NCBI GenBank assembly: GCA_030704615.1 | Contig: CM060734.1 | Coordinates: forward strand, 52,328,001 to 52,392,000 | Direction of reading: 5' to 3' | DNA: 64,000 bases | Source of the DNA: Takakia lepidozioides | Lineage: Eukaryota; Plantae; Bryophyta | Shown: piece by piece, positions 1 through 14,070 of the stretch | Numbering within the stretch: position 1 is the stretch's first letter | Layout of the letters: each line of letters begins with the position of its first letter | Made by a program: the position numbers and the translations under genes | The notes under the pieces: model-generated | The model's database searches: none | Told to the model about the DNA's origin: nothing | What the model saw: only the letters and a program-made list of their open reading frames with translations

Positions 1-1199
1 TTATTGATCCACCCAACAAGCTCACCTACAGAATTCAACATGAAGAAATTAGGGACGACTCTGTCAAGAGGGCAACAGGCTGAAATGTGTCAAGAAGAAG
101 GTGCCCTCACCACATTGTCTTTGACCTTGTGTCATGAAAGCAGCTAGCCTTTCTTTCACCCATGGAGGATTCAACCGGCCATCAACCCAAAAGGACCTCT
201 TCTGTGTGCTTCTTGTGTCTGTAGTGAGGAGAACCACCACGGTGCAGCCAAATGGCTTTAAACTCGGCCTCCTAAGACCCAGGTGACCCGCCCAAGTACC
301 TCGTAAACACCAGGAAAAATGCGAAATCATTGCACTACCGAGAAGAGCAGGACGGACAAACTTCTTGACATCATACATTAAGAAAGTCACACCTTGCGAT
401 TCTGGTTGTCCCACCATTCCGCAGGATCTGTAAAATAATCGGGTCAGCTATGCTCCACGCTTCGCAACAGACCTTTGTGCCCGAAAATCCGGCATCATCA
501 ACATTTTGACAAGTTCCTTAATGGAGTAGTACATTACAGACTCCTTTCCATTATAGCATCAACAGCTTGTCATTTTGAGTTTACAAGAGTAGTACATCAA
601 GGTGGCCAAATTGATCGATGTAGTGGAGAAAATACCGGTATGTTTGCCACTCGCAATGTTGTGCCGTGTGGAAACGGTTGAGTGCACGCATTACTCCAGC
701 AGGATTTATCAAACTTCAAACTTCTCCGTTGTGACTTTGTGGGTCAATTTCGTGCGGGGACTTCTTGCAGCACAAGACTTTCTTGCTTGTGCTCCTTGAG
801 CTCATGTACGTATCTCACACGTCCGGACCAGTGTTGGGCGGTTACCCGCCGGGCCAGGTTAACCGCCGGTTCCGGTTAACTGGAACCGGGCCCATTCCTG
901 CAGAACCGGAACCTGCCAATGGGGTTAGGCACAGAACCGAAGGGGGGGAGAGAGGCCCCCCAAGGAAAATGGATAATATATATATTTCCTGTGAAATGTA
1001 AAATGGACGACTGAAAAAACGAGAAACGTGATAAGTGTGATGTCATGGATGAACGTCGGAACCCTAACTTGGAAACGAAAGTTACATCGTTCAGCGTAGA
1101 AGGGTGATGACAAAGGCTCCCCCTCCTCCTCTTTGCCTTGCGAGTGTTTTGCTTCTACATCGTGTCTTCAGATCGGTGGTCACTGTCTTTTGAGAGTTG

Positions 1200-1692
1200 G
1201 TGTGGGCCGCAGCTATGGCAGATATTTGTTGGTGCGAATGAGAATGATCGGAGGGTGAATGGCGATTACCATGCACTCATCACATTCTTAGCAGATGGCG
1301 GAGGAAAGGGTAATGGCTTGGGGAGCCTATATGGGAGCAGCAGCACTAATTACAAAGTTTCACGTGTCAAAATCCTAGAGAAATGGACCAGCCAGATTGA
1401 GAAGGTATAGATGCTCACTTATCTCTTGAGAGCCTTGCATGATTGTTTTGCCATTGGGAAGTGCACTGGTGAACATATTGTTTTGGGGCAAGGCTGCATC
1501 TGATTGCCATTCGTGCTCTTGATCACGTTGTCGACTCATCGTGAACTATATCTTATGGCAACTCTTTGAACTTAGTTGTCTCTAAATGTAGTGCAGGATC
1601 TCCCAAGGACATTTCCAGGGCACCCAACGCTTGATGAGGATGGACGAAATACATTACGGCGCTTACTAACAGCCTGTGCCCGCTACAACCCT
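1200..1692 (+). pseudogene. Isolated two-exon fragment of a Rab-GAP TBC-domain gene (intron 1405-1596 retained)
   Basis: Translates LWQIFVGA..RRVNGDYHALI...EKWTSQIEK|gt..ag|DLPRTFPGHPTLDEDGRNTLRRLLTACARYNP, the TBC IxxDxxRT region. It stops abruptly before the GYCQ motif, and no other exons are nearby. Confidence 0.8.
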
Positions 1693-2329
1693 TAAGATCA
1701 CTCCAAAACCACCATAGATCCACCAACGAGCTACCATGCAGAGTTCAACATCGGAATTTAGGGACGACGCCATGCACTCAAATCTGCCTTTGCAGAACTA
1801 GCAGTAGCCAAAGTAGGTCCCCATTCTTTTTCCTACATAGCCTGTCGTTGAAGTCTGACGCCATGCAATCTGTGCCTGTCACAGAGGGAAGGTCCCCTTT
1901 GGTTGGAGCCAGAGAGAGAGTGAGACACAAATTCACCATTAAGAGAGTCTTGAATAGCCATTTGGATAGAACTACACATAGGGGTCTCCAGCAGGTATTT
2001 AAAGTAGAATTCATAATATGTGGGCATCCTCATAGACTGTAAGGTGTTATAATCTTACCTTACAGGAATCATTGTCCTGTCGCTGATTGGCAGAGTATGC
2101 TAAGTGCAGACAGTTTGCTCATGTTTGCAAAATAATTCCATATCCAGCTCTGTGATTTCAAACAAGAACCATGTGACGTGTTGGTAATGGAAGTTGTCAT
2201 TTGGGGGAACAGCCTGAAGATTTACAATTCGCTTGTGGAGAGATACTTGTGTCACAAACACCACTTGGGTACAAGTCAAAAGGAGTAGATCACTTTGTCG
2301 AAAACCACCTCAAGTGTCCATGTAGGACT

Positions 2330-2660
2330 CTATTTCAGTATTTATTTCAATATTCAATCAAGATTTTCAGCCAGTATTTCTTTATTTCAGAGAGTTTTTG
2401 AGTTTCTCAGCGAGTTTTTCAGCGAGTTTTTCTAGAATTCCAGCGAGTTCTTCAGTAAGTATTTCAGTATTTCAGCGAGTGTTTCAGCAAGTATTTCAGT
2501 ATTTTAGTATTTCAGTATTTCAGTGAGTGTTTCAGCAAGTATTTCAGTATTTTAGTATTTCAGTATTTCAGCAAGTATATTAATATTTCAGCCAGTTCTT
2601 CAACAAGTATTTTAATATTTCAGTGAGTATTTCAACAAGCATTTCAATATTTTAATAACT
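2330..2660. repeat. Degenerate minisatellite of TATTTCAG / CAGCGAGT 8-12 bp units
   Basis: Directly visible repeated tatttcag, cagcaag and cagcgagt units. Confidence 0.85.
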
Positions 2661-3550
2661 AGTAAATTCGAAGATCAGTTTTGTAATATCATACATCAAT
2701 ATTTAATTTGCACATCTATAAAGTTCTGCGAGGGCCTCTGTCCCTGACTTTATAAATAAATACTTGAATGAATTTTCCTCTTATGCAGAACCTGTTTGAC
2801 GTAAAATTCGAGTATAAAGTCAATGGCCCAAAAACAAAAATCGAATATGTGATGTGATATGATATTTTATTTCAATATAACATTGTAAGGAAATTTTCTA
2901 CTTAGAGTTTTTAGGGTGGAGCCATTACGCCACTAGCCGCTTGTTTGTTTTGTTTTGTTTTGTAGCATTGTTGAGATCTCCCAAACCAGGGGGCCCAACC
3001 CCGGTGCTAGTTTAAAAACATTTTTTGAAGAAAAAATCAGTTTCTTCAAATTTTGGCGGACGGGATGAAACTCTGTTACATCTGATAGCTGGAGCACTTC
3101 AAGATGGAGACATCCTCCACGTGACGCAGGAAAACATGCTGGATTTCTGGCACGCCCTACCAGTTGGTCATAATAAGGGGTAGATTTCCACAACATGGAG
3201 GCTGTTCCGGTTACCAGTTAGTTGCTGATGAAAACCGGTTAGGTTCCGGTTCTGTTTTATATATATATATATATATAATTTAATTAGATTTAAAATATTT
3301 TATCAGTCCGGGAGATTAAATAGCAGTGTCACATTCACATATTTGAACTAAAATCCAGCGATTTTATTACTTTTCATTAACACAAAAAGAAACTAACAAA
3401 AAAAAAGCATACAAAAATACTCTAAATAAACTGGTATAAGAAAATGGGTAAAATTTTGTGGGTTGAAATTACTACTCAGCTATCTGGCAAGTATTGGCAT
3501 CTTCTAACATTTTGATTAATGAACTTAGCCAGGATATCATGGAGCTGGAG

Positions 3551-3698
3551 ATTGAACCCAAGATCTCATGGTGCTTAAGCATTAAACACAGACTCTCATG
3601 GCCTTCAAGCATTGAACCCCAGATCTCATGGTGCTGAAGCATTAAACACAGACTCTCATGGCCTTCAAGCATTGAACCCAAGATCTCATGGCCTTCAA
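3551..3698. repeat. Tandem repeat, 30-bp units arranged as a 60-bp higher-order dimer
   Basis: attgaacccaagatctcatggtgcttaagc and attaaacacagactctcatggccttcaagc alternate, about 5 units in total. Confidence 0.9.
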
Positions 3699-4801
3699 GA
3701 ACCCAGGATCTTCTGGAGCTTGAGAGCATTAAAGAAGTTTGCCATGGGAGCCCACCAGGTCTCCAGGGTTACGCCATGTTATTCCCAAGGGCCCACCAAG
3801 GGTTTCAAGAACCGGAACCGCTTAAAAGCCCATGATCCGCGAGCAGGGACCACCATTGCTGCCCTTTGACATTTGAATCCTAAAACATATTCACATGAAC
3901 CGTCACCTCGGCCTTGTAAATGACTACTAGTTACTGCAGATTGCAAGTAGCGTAACACAGTTCCGAGCCCTTGCCTCACTAACTAAGGGTAAGGGGTAAC
4001 CTACCAAGTAGGCGATCCCCAACACAAAATTCCACACTCCTAACTATGCCTCTACGAGCAAATCCACCAACTGCTGTACTTCAGGCACATCAACTATTAT
4101 TACCCATCCCTTCCACCTCTTACCTTTCTACTCTTTGCTTCCTATTTCATTCCTTCACACTCTTTGCCGTCCTACATCCTCGTGGATGGTCTCAAAGGAC
4201 CTGGGAGCCTGAGCTTCTCAACATTCTCATGGCAAATGCAGGGGAGGAGTGAGGACTCCCCCCCTTTCATCATTTGGGTGCTTGTCCTCTGGGTCACGGG
4301 TTCCTCCCTCCCCTCGCTGATTTTTGCCTCTTTGGCTCAATGAGGGTTTTTTTTTTTTTTTTTTTTTTCTGCCCCTCCATATCATAGGATTGTCGGTTGT
4401 CCCAGAGTGGGAACTTCATAAAGTGTCGGAAGGTTGGAGGAGAGACGGTGCATTGAAGGCAGGATTTTGAGAGTTATCCTCTGATCGTGTAGTCCGATCT
4501 GGCAAACTGGGCGTGGAGAGATGTGCAAGCGTGCAGAGTGAAATCCGGGAATTCGCTCTTCATTCAGGGATCCGAATGGGAGCTCTGAAGGGGATGCTGT
4601 AGAAAGAGAGAGAGAGAAAGAGAAAGAATTGCACTTGTTGCGTAAGTGAGCTAAGAAGCTATGAGATTGCGGAGGATCTCGTTGTACAGTAGAGAACGAG
4701 CATCTGGTCGTACCAGCCTCTTCAGAGTACTTCGAAGATAGGATTTGATCTAAGATCGGTCGTCCTACGTGAAATACGGGTGATAGGAAGGACTGGTATT
4801 T

Positions 4802-7800
4802 ATGGCGCTGCAGCAGGTGGGGGAGTCAGCAGCGACTCTGCTGCAGTTTGCGGTGCTGCCAATAGCCAAGGTGCTGGTAATGTCTGGGTTGGGTTTGCTC
4901 ATGGCTACCTCCTACATCAACATCCTCCCTGCCCCTTCCCGCAAGCAGCTTAGTAAGGTGGGCTTGCTACTTCTCTTCAATTTTCTTCAACTCCCTCCCT
5001 TTTCATCTACTGTGGCTGTATGACTGGTATCCTCCTCCTTCTATATAGATCTCTTCCTTTCTCCCTCTTCTCTGATTTCCTCTTGCATATTTCGTAAGCT
5101 TATGCAACATGGCTTGGAATGTTTCTGGGGTGTTTGATGAAGCAGACTATAATGTGTGTGGTACAATCTTCACCGATCGTACCGTAGAAAGAAGAATGTG
5201 ATCTAAGAAGTGTTTGTGTGCATTGCAGCTGGTGTTTTCTCTCTTTTTGCCATGTCTTATTTTCACTCAGTTGGGGAAAGCCATAACTTTGGAGAAGATA
5301 ATTGAATGGTACATTTCTCTCTCTCTCTCTCTTTCTCATTTTCGGAATGGTGAGGTGAAGAGAGAATAGGTCACAGTAAAAGGACATTCGCCACAAATAT
5401 CTCCCAAGATAGTCAACTCTAGATTCCTGCCGGTGGGATATTTGAGAAAGCCTAGTTGATTTCAACATGAGGTTTGTGGGAAGATGTGGACAGTCAAATG
5501 TTGTCAAGAGGGCAGAAGGCTGGGTTGGCAGGTGGTTCATTCCAGTGAATGTGGTGGTGGGAGCAGTCTTGGGCTGCATGCTGGGCTACGCTGTGGCGCT
5601 TATTGTCAGGCCTCCACCTCAATTTTTTAACTTCACTGTAGTGATGATTGGCATTGGTAAGCAGTATTTTCTGTGTCCGTGTCTGTCAATAGTCAGCTAT
5701 TTCCTGTCTTTGTGCAAGAACTACAGATGAGAGCCAAAATGGGGATTTTTTGATAGTGGTATCTTCCTTGTAGGTTGCGTGCAGCAAGCCTGCTGGAGGG
5801 CTGCAGTTAATATGGATATCAAATGTCTGCCCTATAGAAGAAAATATGTGTAAAAACTATGTGCAGGTAGAGTTTGTTTGAGGTAAATGGTTTTCTGGAG
5901 TAGGGAACTGATTTGCCTGCTGGGCAGGTTGTAACTGAGTGAACACTGGTGGGATTGTGGAACAGGGAATATTGGCAATATACCTTTAGTGATTATAGGG
6001 GCAGTGTGTCGGAACAGTGTCAATCCGTTTGATGAGCCTGACACTTGCAATACCAAGGGTGTTGCCTACATCTCTTTTGGCCAGTGGGTATGTTGTGTAA
6101 CTGTAGAAATGTTCCTGTCCAATGGATGCAAACCATTTTTCCATGTAGATGAGACACATCTCAAATCCATTTTCACTTGTAAATTGCACTCATGTCCTGT
6201 TTTGCAGGTCTTCTACTGAGTTTTTCTTCTGTCAAAGCCTCCACTCAAGTGAGCTTTTTTTCATATTCACTGTGGATGTTCTAGTCGAGTTGAAAACGGG
6301 TTAGTTGTCAACCATAGGAGGTCCATAAATTCGGTCCACACAAGCCCCCTTTGTAAGGATGAGAATTGTGGGTGGTGCAGGTTGGGGCGGTTATTGTGTA
6401 CACCTTTGTGTTCAGCATGATGGCCCCTCCTGAAACACGGAAGGCAGTTGCAAGCTCCAGTACAAGCACGGACTCAGTGGCCCTTAGAGTGGAGATGGCC
6501 AATGGCTCTTTGGAATCTGTTTCTCTTCCTCCAGATGGCGTTGAAGAGGAGAATTCTGTTCCGTTGCTTACCTGCCAGTCTCCTGCATCTGTACGTGACA
6601 TAGGATTGATTGATCTCTTCTGCTTTTGGTTTTTAATAAGTGGTTGTTTCCAAATTTTCTTAGCTGGGCATTGCTTGAATACTGGGCACAGACCAGGTAA
6701 AGGAAGATAGAACAAGATCTTCTCTATTTTCTGGACCAGTTTGATAATCTGGTTGGCATACTAAGGTTTTCAAGGATATCACAACATTTTGCAAAATGGC
6801 TTCAGACATCGGGTCAGCAATTTGATCAGCCCAAGCTTAGGTCTAATCAGTTCTCCTAATCGCTTCTTCAAATGGTTCCTAGCATGTGGTATAGAAAAGT
6901 ACACTGGGAGGGAAGAGGAGATGACTGATCAGCTGCACTGGGTGTTGGATGCTTTGCTTCTGGCAGGGTTTGGACCGTGTGAGGCTATGCTTGGCACATA
7001 CAAGATTTCAAGATATCTTTCAACCACCAGTTGTTGCTGCTGTAGGTTCTCCAAAAGTAGAAGATTTTGCCTGTTTTCTTGTGGGAATACTGTTCAACAT
7101 GTGTTCCTCTAAAGACAAACAAGGAAGTCAAACTGAAGAATGTGAAGACCTGGTCTATGTGACACTGTGAGCTTGCACCAGTTCCATACTGGGGCTAGTC
7201 CATTCTCACTATCAAGTGATGTCTGATGACAAACTTGGGCATCATTTTGAAAACTCAGCTAGGAAGTTGCTCTTTCAATCGTTCTTCTTCCATTCATCAA
7301 CAGTTCCCTGAGATGTTACGATGAAGATTTGCTGTGCCTGTTTCTTCTAGAAGGAAACCAGCGTAAGTCATTGAGCTTATGTAGCTCCATCTCTTAGGCA
7401 ATCTAAACTCTTATCAAGTTCAAAGGGGTTTACAACTGCTAGGAGGAGTTGGTACTAATGTGGATGCTATGAAATGGCGTTGTGTAATGCAGTTGTTGGC
7501 ATTGATATTTGGTGCAATTCCAGCTTTGAAGAGGCTAATATTTATGGAGCACTCGATATTCTACTTCCTTTATGACAGCCTCAATATTTTGGGGTATGTG
7601 CAGCTGCTCAGTTGGCAGGGCATCATTGAACCTAAACTGTATGTGGTCAGAAAGGCATGTTAGACACTGTTTCGAGTGTACCATTTGAAGGGTTATGTAC
7701 ATTGTGCTTGTAGTTGAAATCGATGCAATGTGTAATGGTTTCTCTTATGTGGCACGATTTGCATGTCATCTAAACAGATCAATATGTGGGTTTTATTAAG

Positions 7801-8749
7801 CACAAGCTAGGAACATAGCAGAGCTCTTTCCAGACCTCCTTCCAATCCTCCAACCCCATTGATTGTTCAATTTAACCTTCAATTCCTTCTGTGACAGCTT
7901 CTTTCATGTGATCTCAAACTTCCAGAAGCACAAAGGCTCTTTTGTCAAGCTTTCCTGCTTTGTGTGCTCTCTCTCATCAGGGTAGCTCCTGCAATTTGTG
8001 CAGGGGAGCAATGGTACCCTGCATTATGCTTGTCTTAGGAGGCAACTTGGTGGGAGGTAGGTTCCATGAAGCACTGCGTGCTCCAATGTTTTTGTGCTTA
8101 CATCAATAATACGCACTGGACATTTAAGGGTTAAGAGGTTACTCCCTTGATTGGAGAAATGAAGATGAAAGGGTTGTATTTATTTATGTTGAAACACTGG
8201 GGCCTTGGGGATTCTATTTATTTCTATTTTTATGCTGCTTTGCAAGCTCGAGAGGAAATATGTGCCATACAGGCCTACACCTGGAAGGAAAAGGAAGTCT
8301 GAGAAGGGAACATCGGTGGGATCGCAGGAGCTGGAAACTCAGAGCTGGGGCTACGTACGACGGTAGCCATCACCTTTACCCGGCTTGTTTTGGTGCCACC
8401 TATGGGCCTGGCAGTGGTGCAGTTAGCAGACAAACTAGGATTTCTTCCTCCCGATGACAAGATGTTTAAATTTGTGCTGCTGTTGCAATACACCATGCCC
8501 ACATCCATCCTTGCAGGTAAAGTTGATGTTCTTCCACATGTGGTAGCGAGTGTGCAAGAAAGATCATTTTTGCATTGTTGAGGATGAAGGTGTGGTGGTA
8601 ATCATGTGGGTATGGTCGTTACAGGAGCTGTGGCTAATCTGCATGGTTATGGTGAAAAGGAAGCATCTGCCATTTTGTTTTGGGAGCACATCGTAGCAAT
8701 TCTCTCGATGGCAGGCTGGCTAATTCTGTACATCAATGTTCTCTTCTGA
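4802..8749 (+). CDS. PILS: PIN-LIKES (PILS) auxin efflux carrier family protein, about 10 exons (4802-4957, 5229-5308, 5532-5656, 5966-6087, 6381-6590, 6967-7041, 7493-7593, 8004-8056, ~8327-8516, 8625-8749)
   Basis: AVLPIAKVLVM..GL, LVFSLFLPCLIFTQLG, WFIPVN, GIGNIGNIPL, QWVGAVIVYT, QPPVVA, GAMVPCIMLVLGGNL, LLQYTMPTSILAGAVA, EASAILFWEH motifs, joined by GT-AG introns. Confidence 0.93.
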
Positions 8750-9212
8750 CCCCTGAAACTCCTCCTTGTTTAAGATTCTTCACAATTCTAGAATGTTGCT
8801 CTGCCATATTTGAGACGATAGCTTGTGATGCAACCAGCGATACCAGGGAATTGATTGAACAGCACATTCACTTTCTGAGGCCAAGTCTTTGCTGTCTCAT
8901 AAGGATGTGGAAGCTTTGTCAACAGATAGAGTTAGAGGCTGTCCACTGTGCATGAAAATTTCCATGCTATTCATCTGGACAAACACTACATGCTTTCGGG
9001 AATGGGTGAAAATTCTCCATCCTGACAAAAAAATAGTTATTCTTTGATCATCCACTCAGCCGAGACATTGAGATAATTGACGCAGTATTTTTTATCACAA
9101 AAGGTAGTGTTGCTTTGATGGCAACGACTAGATAACTCTGCAGAGGATGAGAAAGTCAAAAGTGTAGGAGAACTTAAGTGTACATTGGTCATATGGGATA
9201 GGTCATAAGATC

Positions 9213-9630
9213 AGATAGCACATGGTGTACTGCTTCATCACTGCCTGATGCTTTGATATTTTTCTACCAGTGCTTTCTTCAATTGATTGAAATAGGTCAA
9301 AGGAATGTTCTATAGTCCATTGAGACTCTTGGAAATGTGTCATGGAGAAACATGGTGATGTTCCTTCAGTGCTCTTCAAATTTCAGTAACGGCACATGTC
9401 GAGCTTAACTGATTGTACCAGATAGTACAAAGGTGTACTGCTTCATCACAGCCTGATACATTGATGTTTTTCTACCAGTGCTTTCTTCTATTGATTGAAA
9501 TGGTCAAAGGAAGGTTCAATAGTCCATTGAGACTCTTGGAAACGTGTCATGGAGGTGACATGGAGGTGACGCTCCTTCAGTGCTCTTCAAATTTCAGTAA
9601 GGGCACAGGTAGATTTCAACTGATTGTCCC
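9213..9630. repeat. Tandem duplication of a ~207-bp unit downstream of PILS
   Basis: agatagcacatggtgtactgcttcatc... at 9213 recurs as agatagtacaaaggtgtactgcttcatc... at 9420. Confidence 0.85.
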
Positions 9631-10519
9631 TCAGAATTAAAACCCTTGTTCAATATGCCAAGAAACAAAACATGAGAGAGGTGTCTTGCTAAAGTTGGCT
9701 TTCATGTGGATCATAATGGTCCAGAACCCTTTCAGTGCTAAAGTGTCAATTTGTATTTGAACATGGTGTATGCAACCATCTCCAGCAGTGCAATCTTTAA
9801 GCCAAATAGGGCCTACCACTGCCAGGGATGGTTTTATTGTTCAAAAGGTTCCTCTTCACTGGATACAACCTGCCATCATTACTTGTGTCCACAATCTAGT
9901 GGCATGGCTGAAACTGAGACAAAGCCTCTATCACAAGGACAAAGCAGAACAGGCCTTGTAACATATGTAAGCAGTCTAACCAGATTGTATGAAACTCACA
10001 TATGACCACTCATAGATGAGGGCAGTCACAATCAGATAAGCTCAAGTATACACCACTACACTCCACCCCCCCCTGGTGCCCATAAATATCTCTTCCTCTC
10101 TCAGTTGGGTAAACCTCTTCTAACCTCCATCTGAGACCTAGTACTAGCTCTATATTGAGCAAAATAGAAACTAACACTTATATCTTAGTGGAGGCGGAAA
10201 TCTTACAAAACTGAATTCACACTCTAAGCTACAAAAAAGATATGCCAGTGGACCTGAGCATGGTTATGTCTGTTTCTAACATCAACAATGTCGTCAAGGG
10301 GTTCTCTCTTGTTAAATGAAGTGCTGCCCCTTCGTCTCCCCAGTATCAGGTTTCAAGGAAGATGCTGTCCTTGTCTGTCGTCCTTCTTCCTATATATGAA
10401 TGAGTGGGAAGACTTGTGTGTAAGGTTGTATCTTCCAATGAATCGCATTAGAGCCCAGAGCTGCATGCAGTGAACACTGTACAGAACAGAACGTCCAAGC
10501 CATCTACTTACATCTTGTT

Positions 10520-11659
10520 CTATGCAGGCATTGCTTCCAAGTTGTTGGAGCCTCCAGCTCCCCCTCCTTCTTTGGCCCCTTCCAATGCAGCTTGTTCATC
10601 CATAGCTTTCTCTGCTTGGAGTACAGGCCCGTAATACTGTGGATTGGACTCCATGCATTCTTTCAAATACTTTGTCATTTGTGCACACTTCTCAACAATA
10701 TTAGTGCCAGAGCTCTCTGCTTCGTCCACGCACTGCTCCCATGCAGAGAACCTTTTTCCACAAGGTCCAGCCTTCATAAACAGACAGAACCTGCACTCTT
10801 CTTCCTCCCCCTGGTTTAAGTCAAGCATGGACCAATCAACTAACCATAAAGCCTGCCCACCGATGGCTGCAGAAAGCAAGTTAGCTTCGGTGGAAATCTT
10901 CACCAGTAGAGATATTCGCTCTGAACCAAATACATGACATGCAGGGGAACCCAACAGCGATTGATCCCCTCCCCAGTGCCTCAACATCCAGAAGCAAGAC
11001 CAACTTGGACTGCCAGCCACTGCCTCTATAATTGGTCCACTTCTCCCAAGGTCAAAAGACTCCTCTTGCAGCGACCCAGCTCAGGGAGAAACTGTCCTCA
11101 TAAAATTCATAGAAAATTGGGTACAAGGACACATCTACATCCGGGCTTCATAATTAGGTTAATTTGCCCAATGACTGTTGGTCAGCGCTATTTCTTTGAC
11201 GGTATTCCCTGAAAGAGTCAGCCAGCCATTGTCACCGCCCTCTCTCTAAAAGAGAAGACAAGAGAAATTCACTCGAGGTATCATTGACCAAATGAAGAAC
11301 TTTCCTCTGTCATCAAAGGTTGCTTGTCTGATTCCAACGAGTCAACCAAGTGTGCATCGACGGTTTGAGCCTAATTGTAGATACCCACGGCTTCGATTTC
11401 CATGCAAAGGATCCAGAAGATTAATCAATTTTAATTACTGAGCTACTGTGTTTCGAGTCCTGAAGCTCATCCCTACCTTTCCTTCTTGCAAGGACTCGTC
11501 CGGTCCTTCCGGCTCGGGCCCATCGTCTGAGTATTTCTTGATCCTCGCACTATCACCTTCTTGCTTTGACTCTTCCTCCCCACTTCCTTCCACCACTCCC
11601 TCCACCTCCGCGCAGGTGGGTTCTTCTTCATACTCCTGCTCCCCTGCCCCTGCCGCCAT
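10520..11659 (-). CDS. GCK-domain (twin CX9C-like) protein, 2 exons (11659-11477, 10810-10520)
   Basis: Acidic N-terminus spliced in phase 0 to GEEEECRFCLFMKAGPCGKRFSAWEQCVDEA...EKCAQMTKYLKECMESNPQYYGP, the plant GCK signature. Confidence 0.88.
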
Positions 11660-12612
11660 GGTGGTGCCCAAGCTACACGCAAGCAGCCAAGATATTGTAA
11701 CGAGCAGCGCCCACCAAAGGGGTCCTCAACCGCAACACTTCCTGGTCCCAGGAAACACTTTTGGTATCATAACTGTGGGCCATTTTCTTACTATCATTCT
11801 GCCAGCTCTCCTTGTCTTTGCTGGATATTTATTCCTGATGAGACCGCCACAATGACGAAGTCATTACATTGGACTCAGCAACCCATTTGCTTCAGGCTGT
11901 TGGTTGGGATTTTAGGTCGGCCGCTAGAGACATTGTGACTCCCCTTCTTTCCTTTCTCATGTTTGAGATGTTTTAGTCTCATGTACCATGCCGACTTGTT
12001 TTACTCTTCCAGGAATTTCATCACTACACTTTCTCTTGAACATTCATGAATGCAAATAATTTGGTTTGGAGTAAACGAGTTTTGGAGCAGAGATTGGGAG
12101 TTTCTCAAGAGAGCAAAAAAATATAAGAAGTCAAATACTTGAAATGTGGCCTAGCTATACGTGGTAGTTTCATCAGGCTACAACCCTAAAAGAGTAAGCC
12201 TGGTATTGATGCAGAACTGAGTTGTCTTTGCCATTGAAAATATGTATATCCATTGCAATCAACCCACCAATGTTGGGCGGGTATATGGGTTTTTTTTTTT
12301 TAAACAAATCTTTGAAGAACGGGAAAAGGAGTCTCAGAAATAAATTGCAGGAGGTGGAAAAAATAACCACTCACGAGGCCGTGGAGGCTTACAGTGGGGA
12401 TATTACCCCATGACCAAGCAACGAGCAAAAAGAGTTCGAGAGAGAATGAGGCCTCAAACAGGCTGTGAAGAAAAGTAATCTCGGAAATGAAGAACAGAAG
12501 GAGATTTGAGGGAAGAAAAGGGCCAAGTGAACCAACGCGAACAAGAAGTAGTAGTGTTCTCTAGCTGTAGGAAGGGCAGGAACTGGTTTTTCAAAAAAAG
12601 AAAAGCAGTCTT

Positions 12613-13260
12613 ATGAGTCCTAAGCCTAAAACTTCAGATGCGTCTTCAGCTTGTGATCCCATGCATGCTTGTGCTTCCAGTTGCAATCGCCCTCGTCGCC
12701 TTCACACCAAGGGACTTCCCATTATGTGGGGACGGTGTCTTTCCAATGGAAGCATCCGAGCAGGCCGCCCTTGCCCAAGGAGAGGTCAAGTCTCTGCCTT
12801 CCTTTGGAAGATTGTTCACATGATTCTCCCAGTCAAAACTGTCACTGACCAGGCTGACCCCTCCTGCACACTATGTTTCGGAGATCATGAAACAATTGAG
12901 CATTGTCTTTCCTGATGTCCCAGAACACGTAGAATCTGGACTTTAGTTTTACAATTCTACTCATTCTGGGGCTCCCTTCCGACCAGCCCCCCTCTATCTT
13001 TGCCTCTGCTGAATACTCTTCCAGGCCGGCCCATGCTCAAATGCCCGGTGTGGGCATGCTTGAGAGCCACTTATGAAGTGTTTGGAAATTAGATGCTCTT
13101 AGATTTCGGAGGGGAAATCCCCCAACACCAGATCAATTATGTTTAACACCTATAATGATCTGATGACTGAGGGGCGAAAAGCGCGGGTTTCCCTGTGTGC
13201 GGTTCTTCCTAGAGCTTCGGACCAACGCAAGAAGTAGCTTTACCAGGATTTCAATTCGAC
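12613..13260 (+). mobile_element. Decayed LINE 3' fragment (zf-RVT zinc-binding region)
   Basis: AFLWKIVHMILPV...CTLC..DHETIEHCLS*CPRTRRIW; contains an in-frame stop. Confidence 0.75.
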
Positions 13261-13294
13261 CCTAGGCATCACGAAGATGCAAATTATCACCCAC

Positions 13295-13530
13295 TTACCC
13301 CTCCACTTTATAGAAAATGACTTGGGGGGGGGGGGAGGGAGTAACCAAGATTAATTGAATAGGCAAAGAAGGGGGAGTGTCATGAGCTATCCATGACCAC
13401 TCCCCTGGGTCAAATTGAAGGCCAACCAAAGGGTGCCGAAGGAACCAAGCGAGGTTGGCATGCATAGCCCACTCCATCTCTTTACCATGAGGGGGGATAG
13501 GGTTTGTGATGCCCTTCTTGTCATAAATCC
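13295..13530 (-). mobile_element. Second LINE ORF2-like fragment in the opposite orientation
   Basis: PLVGLQFDPGEWSW...FYKV resembles the segment upstream of zf-RVT in plant L1-type ORF2. It abuts the previous fragment. Confidence 0.4.
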
Positions 13531-14070
13531 TGATGTGGAAGAGAGGAATTGTCCCTTTGTATGTCGCCTAGGACTTGCATGCGACTGAAATGGTTGACAT
13601 GAAAGTCGATCCCGTTGGCAGAATCATTCTCACTACAAGAAAAAAAAAGGGGGGCTGGGGGGGGGGGTGGAATGACGTCGGGTTCGTCCGGGGGTCGGTG
13701 ACCGGTAGACGTCCGACCATCACACCAGCGATGCCCCGACGTCGCTCCCTCCATTGCATGGCGTCCCCATGACATCTCGGCGTCGCCGGTGTTTGAATTT
13801 GTTGCGACCCCTGGGCGTCGCAGACGCTGTAGGATGTTGTGAATTCTGCTACAACGTCGCCCAGGTTTCTCCTATGCAATTTTGCATTGCATGCATGACC
13901 TTTTGGCTAAAATGATATTAGGGTTTAGCCAAAACCTATCAACATACCGTCCTCATCAATCCATGTTGGCACAACATCCTCTACGCTAACTTTGGTTGGC
14001 ATCATTCATATATATATATATATATATATTGCTTTGCATGAGAAAGAAAGATAGTAAGCTGACAAGTAAT

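Larger units (their letters stand above)
829..3858. mobile_element. Possible degenerate non-autonomous DNA-transposon region carrying gene fragments
   Basis: CAGTGTTG-like start at 829. Clusters of (A)ACCGG(A)AC/GTTCCGGTT motifs at 850-915, 3205-3255 and 3810-3820. No matching TSD found, so the boundaries are uncertain. Confidence 0.3.

Noticed and set aside
3551-3698. Regularly spaced 30-bp repeats resembling a CRISPR array
   Set aside because: The 'spacers' are themselves repeats, the context is eukaryotic, and there are no cas genes.
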